NCBI GenBank assembly: GCA_051362555.1
Contig: CM120645.1
Span: 15,748,001 to 15,812,000 of the forward strand
DNA length: 64,000 nucleotides
Reading direction: 5' to 3'
Origin: Lingula anatina
Lineage: Eukaryota > Animalia > Brachiopoda
Shown: piece by piece, positions 38,659 to 47,600 of the stretch
How the letters are laid out: every line of letters starts with the position of its first letter
How positions within the stretch are numbered: the first letter of the stretch is position 1
The notes under the pieces: model-generated
What the model was told of the DNA's origin: nothing
Database searches by the model: none
The model's input: the letters and a program-made list of their open reading frames with translations, nothing else
Program-made: the position numbers and the translations under genes

Positions 38659-41600
38659 GGTGGTTTCCTGAGAAGTTTGAAGACATGCATGTATATCAAC
38701 ATATACTATAACTATAAACTATAACACAAACTATATTGTATCAGTGATGATAAGACAGGGTCAGAATAAATCCCTACAAACTAATATGTAATCACACTAA
38801 TTTAGCTTGAAACAAAATATGGTTCCTACTGATTTAATATCATCACAAAGGTAAAAATGGACGCATTTCTAATGCTGATTTTCTTAAAAGATATAATTAT
38901 ATAAGTTTGCAAAGGGACAAGTTTGGCAATAAATAAAATGTCATAAGCTTGAATCATTGCATTAGTTGTGAAAAACAGGTTGATCTGTGTAATTGTGATA
39001 GCTCACTCTCCATAAAAAATCAGAAACAGTACGTTTCCACCAGACTACAATATGGTTTATACAATATGTCACAAATATAGCACAATTTATGGCATGACTG
39101 CCACTATAACAATGAAGCTGCTGCAACACATGCTGAATATGAATGAATGAGAGTATAGGCTGGAAGATGATACGTTTTATTAGTCTATTTCGGACAGAAT
39201 ATCAATTTCATACGTTAATATGCAAGGGGAAGTAATTAATAAACACGGGGGTTTAATGTAGATATTTATTATGATACGTAAATCTCAATTAAAGAACATA
39301 TTCATTTTACATTCCAGTCTAGATATCCATCAGGTCCAAATTCAAGTTGAACTATTCAACTTTTCTTAAATAACAGTTGGTGAAATTTAGAAATAATAGG
39401 CATGTGAACTCTGGAAAACTGCCGTAACACCATTAAATGCTGGGTATTTAGGAGAAATGGTTTGTTATTTCACCTTCAAATCTGTTATCTTTATATGTCC
39501 ATATTGTGTTGCTGTTTTTTTTTTTCCTAAAGATCGATCAAATCTGAGGAATATATAGTCTGATATTACAATCTCAAATCAACAAATGTTTTATGTTTCA
39601 TATAACAATGACGTTATTCTTGCAAACAAGTAGACACTGCACTGTTTTAGCTCATAAGCTCTGTACGTAGACAAGCATCATTTTTCTTTTTCCTCTGAAC
39701 AGAGGTGCACCTGTGCCCCTAAGTTCAAATACAGTTCACCTTAGGTTAATGTTACATTAATGTACAGTTATTTGCCTTTTTCTTATTCAACTGTTTAAAA
39801 AAAATTCAAGGCAGTTGTTTAAAACAAGTTACAACAATAGGAGCCTGTATATGAATTTTAAATGGCGGAAGAGATTAATGTGTTTTTTTATAATATAAAA
39901 TGCTCAGCAAAAACTAAGAAAGGAGCGGGAGAATTGTTTGAGACTGCAGCAAGAGCAACTATATTTAAAAAGAAGTGTCGAAATTTGGTAGGCAGGGAGA
40001 CCATCAGGGGATTATGCAGCATTGCTATAAAGTGGGATCAGCTAAATTTGATCTGCAGAGTAGTTAGGCCAAGGATAATCTGTTGTGAATGCGACTAAAG
40101 TAATAAACAGCATATAGTTCCATTTCCACACAGTTTAGGACAGTTATAAAACTATCAGCATATTCCTCTGTATTGCCCAAAGGTATACACTGTGTTCCCT
40201 TGTGTTGCCCTAAGGTACACACTGTGTTCCCTTAAGCCATCTGTCCTCAGACTGTCACAATGTGATATTAATATGCAGTGAGAATTATGAGTAACTTAAT
40301 AATGTAAAGTTCTCATGAGAGTTGATGAACATGGACTGAAGTTCTGAGGACCATCTGTGACAAAATTTGCCTCGGGTTTTACCTTTGAGAGTTTAAGCTA
40401 GTATTTGTGTTTTGCCTCAAGTGTTAGTTTGGTTCATTTTGATTTTAACGCAACACCAATCTGATAAATTAATTTTTTTTTTCGTTATTTTTGCTTTTTT
40501 CATTATTTGAGCAATTTCCCTTTTTAACCCTTCATTTTTACACATCTTGTTCTAATAAAGTGTTCCACAGTTCCCATATCACATTTAATTTGTTTCAAAA
40601 GATTTATCAAAATGGTTCCATGTACTTGCTGTAGTCTTTCTAACTACACACAAGGGTTATTAAAATTGTCATAAAATTCAATGCTTTTTCACCGACATCT
40701 TCGGACATTTAGAACTAGTACCATTTTTACATACTTAAATAATCCAGATCTGATTTACATAACTTGCTTTAATCACCCAAACAGATACAAAGATGGCAGA
40801 CACACCAGCCTCACTTTGACATCTACAGGCAGTTCCAGATATAAGGTGAAGAGGAAGTCATCTGCTCTGTGATGCAACATTTGATGAACTTCTCATGAGA
40901 ACCTTAATGCAAACATCTCAGCTATCTTGTTCCTGAGGGGAAAATCTCCAGGTGAATCCTTTAATGCATTAGGTAATATGCTTGCATCCATGTATAATAG
41001 GCATTTCCCCCTTTAGTAATCAATCAGAGACTTTGAGAACGAACACTTACTGACAGTTTGGAGTGAAATAAAACACTGAGTATACTTAAATGTTTGCCTT
41101 TGTTTCAATAATTGAAAATAATAATAAATATTGAAATGAAAAAATCCTGGAAAAAATGTAATTACTTATTGCTATCTTTAGAATATTGGCACTAAGGATA
41201 AGATTCAAGAAAAAAATTTTAATATGGGATTTTGAATGAAGTTTTTTTTTTTTTGTATTATTTGATCTTTAAAAAGGTTGATTTTCCAGTTTCTTTTCTC
41301 TCTCTCTCTCCATAACGCTCACACTCTCTCTCCCTGCCCTTTGCAAAGATCTCACTTAAGGCAATTAAAATTACTAAGATGATAAAAGCTGCTGTATTCT
41401 AGGAAGGAAAATGATAACACTGGCCAAACGTCTTCCAATTTCTGTTCAATTATCCCATCAAAATGGGCAGACTACAGGTTTGTGCATAAAAAACACAGAG
41501 CTTGCCGCCCACACTCTAACATCACCTTGGCCTGGGCCCAATTTACACTGCTCACCCAAGTTCCACAACAGGTTAGATCCAAAGCGTACTTATGATAAAG

Positions 41601-44600
41601 GGAATGTTGATTGCATTACATTATGTTGTGACCACAGCATGCAGCAAATCAATTAGGTTTTGCCTGACTGCAAGCAATTTTGTGACCAAAACTTTGTGTA
41701 TCAACATTTCCGTGGATAGCGACATCCAGATCTGTTCACACAAGGCCAGAACAGAGTGAATACGACCCCGTTCCAAAAAATGTTCTGTGTGAACACCACC
41801 TTGCATCTTTGGAAGCTTTTTCAGCAGCTGTAGTGTTGATGTTGATGGGTTATTATATACCAGTGTAGTAAGAAAACTGCTTTCTATATAAGGCTTGGCT
41901 ATACCATTGCTGCCTGCTAAACCACAGTTTGAAGATCACAGAACCTGCTTTATGGTGCTTGTTATTTGCCGACAAAACTACTTGCGGATGTAGTTAAAAG
42001 GTGTGTTGCCCAGATCATAAAAAGTTCTAATGAGGATAAGTGAACTTTTGCCAGACTTGTACAAGGGGATGTCACTGTGTTTAGTGTGCATGTATTTCTT
42101 TGTATGCCTGGATATTTGTTTCATTTCCTATACCTGAATATATATATTTACTTCAATTATCTTTCTTTATCTCTTTCTTAAATAACTGTATCCTTACCAC
42201 CATATCCAGTGGACTCAATAAATACATTCACATATACTTGGAAAATGAGCTGATTTTAGTAGGATTTTTATTAATGCACAAGGTAACCAAAAACAAAATG
42301 TATGTGTCACCGCAGCAGTTGATCTGTACCATAAATGTCAAAATGATAAGTCCAGGAATATTCAACTGAAGAAGTGTTCAACTTTGAGTAAAGGAAAAAA
42401 ACTCCTCAATTTTTCCACCTAAAACTTTTCATCACAATATTTCATTCTCTTGGATGGCACATGTCTCAGTCAGTTCATTTAAAGTGAAGTAATCTGGTGC
42501 ATGACTCAATCACATTTCTGCGGGTAGCAAGTTTAATCATCTTTTTTTTTTTCTGCTAGAAACCAAAGTCTGGGTGGAGGTTCTTCTTCCAAATGTAAAC
42601 TGCAGTTTTGCTTATTTTGTTTTCTGGCAAAACAGGATTGCTTTCTCTGCACATTTTTAAAATATTCAGAACATATAAATGAGATTTTTTTTTTTTTTGA
42701 TTAACATGAAGCGACAGGGGCAAAAATAGAGATGTAACTCATACTATCAAATGAACATTGAACTATCCTATTCTAATATTTGGTCATTCAAATCAAAGCA
42801 TTCCACAGGTAATGGGGAATCCAGTGTAGTTTTCACCTGAAGTACCTCACATCCACCCTGAGCTTCAGAGCTAACTTGACACTAACCTTTTCACTGTAGC
42901 CTATCTCCACCGTGTCAAGTAACCTCTGACGAAAATAGTTTGACCTAGTTTATATAAGCCAATCAAATCCATGTTTCAAAATTTTTCACCAAAGTTTGGT
43001 GAAAACGCTGATTGGTTGACCGTCAATCGGCAATCCTCGGCTGATTCCGCAAGCTCCATACTAACAACATAGTTATTGTAGAGTGCGGAGACATCCGAGT
43101 AGTTCCGAGTGTATTACCGTACACAAAGAAAGCAAGGCGAGTGACTACGAAAAAGAATGTGTTAAGTTATCTCTTGATTCTTTGCAAAATATGAGTAAAT
43201 CGGAATTGAAACCATAGGGTCTAGCAGTTTGAGGCCCTGCATCATTATCTACTGAGAGACGATGTAATTTGCGTGCTGCCCACAGGTTACGGCAAGTCCC
43301 TGATATTCAGCCTTATCTTTGATTGGTCCGGATTTGAACAAAGCACGCTTTGACTCGTTCGCGTTCATTGGCTAGATCGTTTAATGAGTCATTGAGTGCG
43401 GGCTTTTAAATTTGATTGGCGGGCGGCGGAGGCAATCGAATCTGGTCAGAGGTTACTTGACACGATGAAGATAGGCTACAGTGAAGAGGTTAGTGTCAAG
43501 TTAGCTCTGAAGCTCAGGGTGCTCACATCTGACTTACAGTGAACTTTTCTCCCCTATCTTTTCACAGGTACCGTATGCATGCAGCAGTGTTCAGACCTGT
43601 CTTAAATCAGAACGATGTTAGGCCTAAAATGTGTCATCAAATAATCAAATGGCTTCATAATTCAGAGAGAGGATTTCAGAGAGCCTACATTATTTTATAA
43701 TATTCTAGTAGAAAATCAGTCTGAAAGTGCCAAGCCACTTTTATGTTAAAACAGTATTAGAACTGGTTGCTTTCTACAGATATGCATCTAAAAGAACCCT
43801 TGACTGTTGGTGCATCAAGATATGACATGCAAATTTAAGGAAAATTAAATCAAAATGTAACAGTTCTAACAAATATTTTTCATCTTCATAGCTGTGCTTA
43901 AATTTGGCTAATTGGGTTAATATCATATGGAGTATTTTTGTATCTATAACCCCAGCTTCATAAAAGCATACCGGAACTGTTTTACTACAAAATCTGAATT
44001 TATGGTGAAATTTGCTTGTTTTCTTGTTATGCACTCTGTAATTCTATATTTTCATCCTAAATAAATTTGTTAAATATAAAGATTGCATTCATATATATTC
44101 TACAATCCAAAACCGTAAGAACGGCAACATTCCAAAACATTTTTTTCACTTTTTATTTCAGCACATTCAAGGTCACAGAGATTCCCCAACTTTCCTTATC
44201 TTGCAGACATATGCTGGGAATGTTTCTGCAATTAGCTGCAAGATACAGGGACCATATCTACCTTTCTCTGCCCATCTCTTTGCTTTTTCATGCGTCACGA
44301 GGTCACGGGCCAAATTACTTAGAGGATGAAGACCTAGATAGAGAGAGTTCCATGCATTTTGATGATGGAGTAGTGCAATTTTGTAGAATTTAACCATCTC
44401 TTTATTAACTGATAAAAGAAAATATGGTGAAAGAAATGCTGTGTCAGATTTAATTGAAATATTTGTGCTAATAATTGATATGTTTTGGGAAGTATTCCAT
44501 GTATTGGAAAATATTCCAAATCAATGGCTGCAAAATAGAAATTAACATTTTCATGTCAGCATTTTCCTCTTAGACTACTTTTTCAATTCATTTTTTCTTT

Positions 44601-47600
44601 TTCCGTAAATGTGCTTTAGAAGTTTTTCTTTTAACTTTTTTGGCTCAACATGAAGGAATAGCTCAGGTTTAAACTGATTTTCACACACACCACTCAAATG
44701 ATATATTTTCAAACAAGTTGCAGATTTTATGTGTATAACAGCAGGACACCAGGCACTTGAATATCCCACTTTCCCACTATCATCAAAATCATTTAACACC
44801 AAGAATCACCTGTGTAGCTGAGATGCCAGCAGTAAAGACCACTACACCTGTCCTATCAATATCAATAAGTCTAATATAAGCAACTGACAGTTTCATCTAG
44901 GGTGAAGGATTTCTCCATCTTCATTCCAAGCTTACAGATCGCATAATATTAGGCCTCTTAGAGATCAATGTTCCATAAAACCAATGGTAACTTCTTCAAA
45001 AAACACCAAGGAATTTGACAGAAAAGTAACAGATACTGTTTTCCAGGCCTTTTAAGGTCCCTAAATGACACCCTAGGTTCCAAATGAAAGAGTATTCGTT
45101 ATAAGGAAAAAAGATTCACATTTCAACCAAGCCTATCATTTGCACAATTCAATTACTTTACCCAGCTTAAATGTATTGCTTCATATATCACATTGCTAAT
45201 GGGCTCATTCACATGTACTGGAACACAGTACAATACTTACTGGAATCTTAACATATAACTGTAGTATAAAGTCACAGCATGATCAGGTCAAATACTGTTT
45301 GCTAAAGGGAAGCACCATTTTCACATTTCCCCCTTTTATAGAAGATGAAAGATGTTGTGTGAACATAAGCTTATTTTTTTACTTCTGTTGTCCCCTTAAC
45401 AGTCAAAAACCAGTAACAACTGGACAAAAAAATTGCTCCAGCTTGCAGCATAGTATGCTTAGAGTAATACAACCAAAATTTCCTTTTTCATAATCACACA
45501 TTGAATGGGTCTAGTGTAAATGCATTAAAATTCCTTGAAACTTTATCAACATTTGGGTTGGGCAATACTACATGCAGAAGGCAGAAATGTCTTTTGATAA
45601 GGAAGGAAAATGGACTCAAGTTAGCTGAGCATTTACTTTTGTCTCTGGATAATTCCTGTTCAACAACTAATAGTATTCTTTGATCTAGGTACAGGAGATA
45701 TCTTGGAGAATATCTTATATTAGAGAGAAAAAGTAAATTTTCTAAGTGATATAATTAATATCTCTTCCAAGCACAAACAAAATAATATCAATATTTCAAA
45801 ATTTAATAATTTTTTAGTTCAGTGGACAAGGGCTGAGATTGTATTTAAAAATAGTTCTGGACTGGTTTTCCATGAGTGGAACATAAGTCACTTAACTCCA
45901 AGAACTAACAGAAAATCAAGATAAGTTGTTTTGAGCTGTTGAACCTTTTATCAGGACTGTTTTTTAAGCGCCCGCCCTGCCCTGGCCCAAGGACAAAATT
46001 GGTTTTATTAATAAATTTATCAATCATCCTAGAGTGTCAAAAAAGATGAAATAATAAAATTTAGTTCAACAATTATTACTGTAAAAATGTCTCCATTCTC
46101 TATCAATGTTATCAGCTATTTCCTTACGTAAAAAATTCAGTTGCATTCTTTTTTATGTGAAAACTTAACATGATACCGTTGTTTAAAAGCAAGCACTATT
46201 TATAACGAATATCGGGGAGGGCACCCGTCTCGCCTACATTCAATAACCTTTAGACGGAGCACAACGCCGCTGAATAAAGCTGTCTGGTATGGCTTGATAA
46301 TATTCACTGACCTATATACGAGATGTGATGGAATGTCCTGCACTATTATGTATGTAGATCACCATGTGTTATACACCTTGGTCATACTAATGTACCAAGT
46401 GTCAGCGTGCCATTGGAAAGCTGTATAAATATATTGTCATAGGGATGGTATGGGTGTTAACGAGTTAGTTTTAATTTTTTTTTTCATATTCAAATGCACT
46501 TGAACACAAGAAAGTTTGAGTCATCTAGAAATATTCTCTGTGTTAATCTGTAATAAAGATCATTGCTTTATTAAAATAGGATGTTTTTATATTTCAAATT
46601 CCATCTTCTATTTTTCTTTTATTTCATCTTATGTATCTTAACTATTATTTGGTAATATTTTTTGGTTGTATACATCAAAACGTATAACATGCACAAGTCA
46701 ACCTTGAAATACATTCCAAGTCATAATGTCAAGACAGTGAGTGTTTGATGCTGAATGATATATATGAGAAGGTTTACTTTAAATTGTTTTGCTGGACTTT
46801 TTGACATAGAAAATGTCCCAGGTATTTTAATCAGTACTTAAGGTGCAATGAAGATACATGGTGGAAACTTCACACAGATTGTCATAGTAACCCTCAATTG
46901 GACTATGGTTGTACACATGACAGTCATGTGACCATATACTGTCTCTTACCCTGTCAATGCATGAAATAAATTGGTGACGATCAAATGTTTTTTTGTTTTG
47001 TTTTGTTTTGTTTTGTTTTGTTTTGTTTGTTTTGTTTGTCTTTTCATTTCCCCTGTTGTTTTGACTGGCAGTACTTTTAATAAAATAAACAATTTGTAAA
47101 TGGCACTCATTTCTGTTCTTCTATGTTCCCTATACAAATGTGGAATAAAAAAAGTGTGAATTTGTTCATAAAAATATTTTCATTGCTGTTCCTTTGTAAA
47201 TGGAAAAAAGACCTGCTGAGGGGGAGGGGGGGGGGGGGGAAGAAAGGGGGTAATGCAATATATATCTCACCTGTGGCACTCCAAGATATTTCTCTGCAGC
47301 TTCCATGGCCTCTTTGGCATTCTCCACAGCATTTTTGGGGTTCCAGTCTTCCCAGTCTGGGCACAGACCTGAAATATGCATCAAGTCATTGTGTTAGGTG
47401 AGCCAGTGTGTTGGAGAATACCTTATATTATACAATACATAATGCTAGATGTGATACTGTGTTTATGCTGCAGGGAAATTAGCTGTGTTTATATGTGATA
47501 TGTACCGTCTTCTATATTCCCCTCTAATAAACATGTCGCATTTTTGATTTTATTTTTATTTATTTACTTTTTTTTTGCTCTACACTCATTTAACTTTAAT

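Noticed and set aside
46946-47137. Minus-strand ORF ending at a CAGG|gtaaga donor
   Set aside because: ATG frame ends in phase 2 while the next exon needs phase 0; the ORF is carried by an (AAAAC)n repeat
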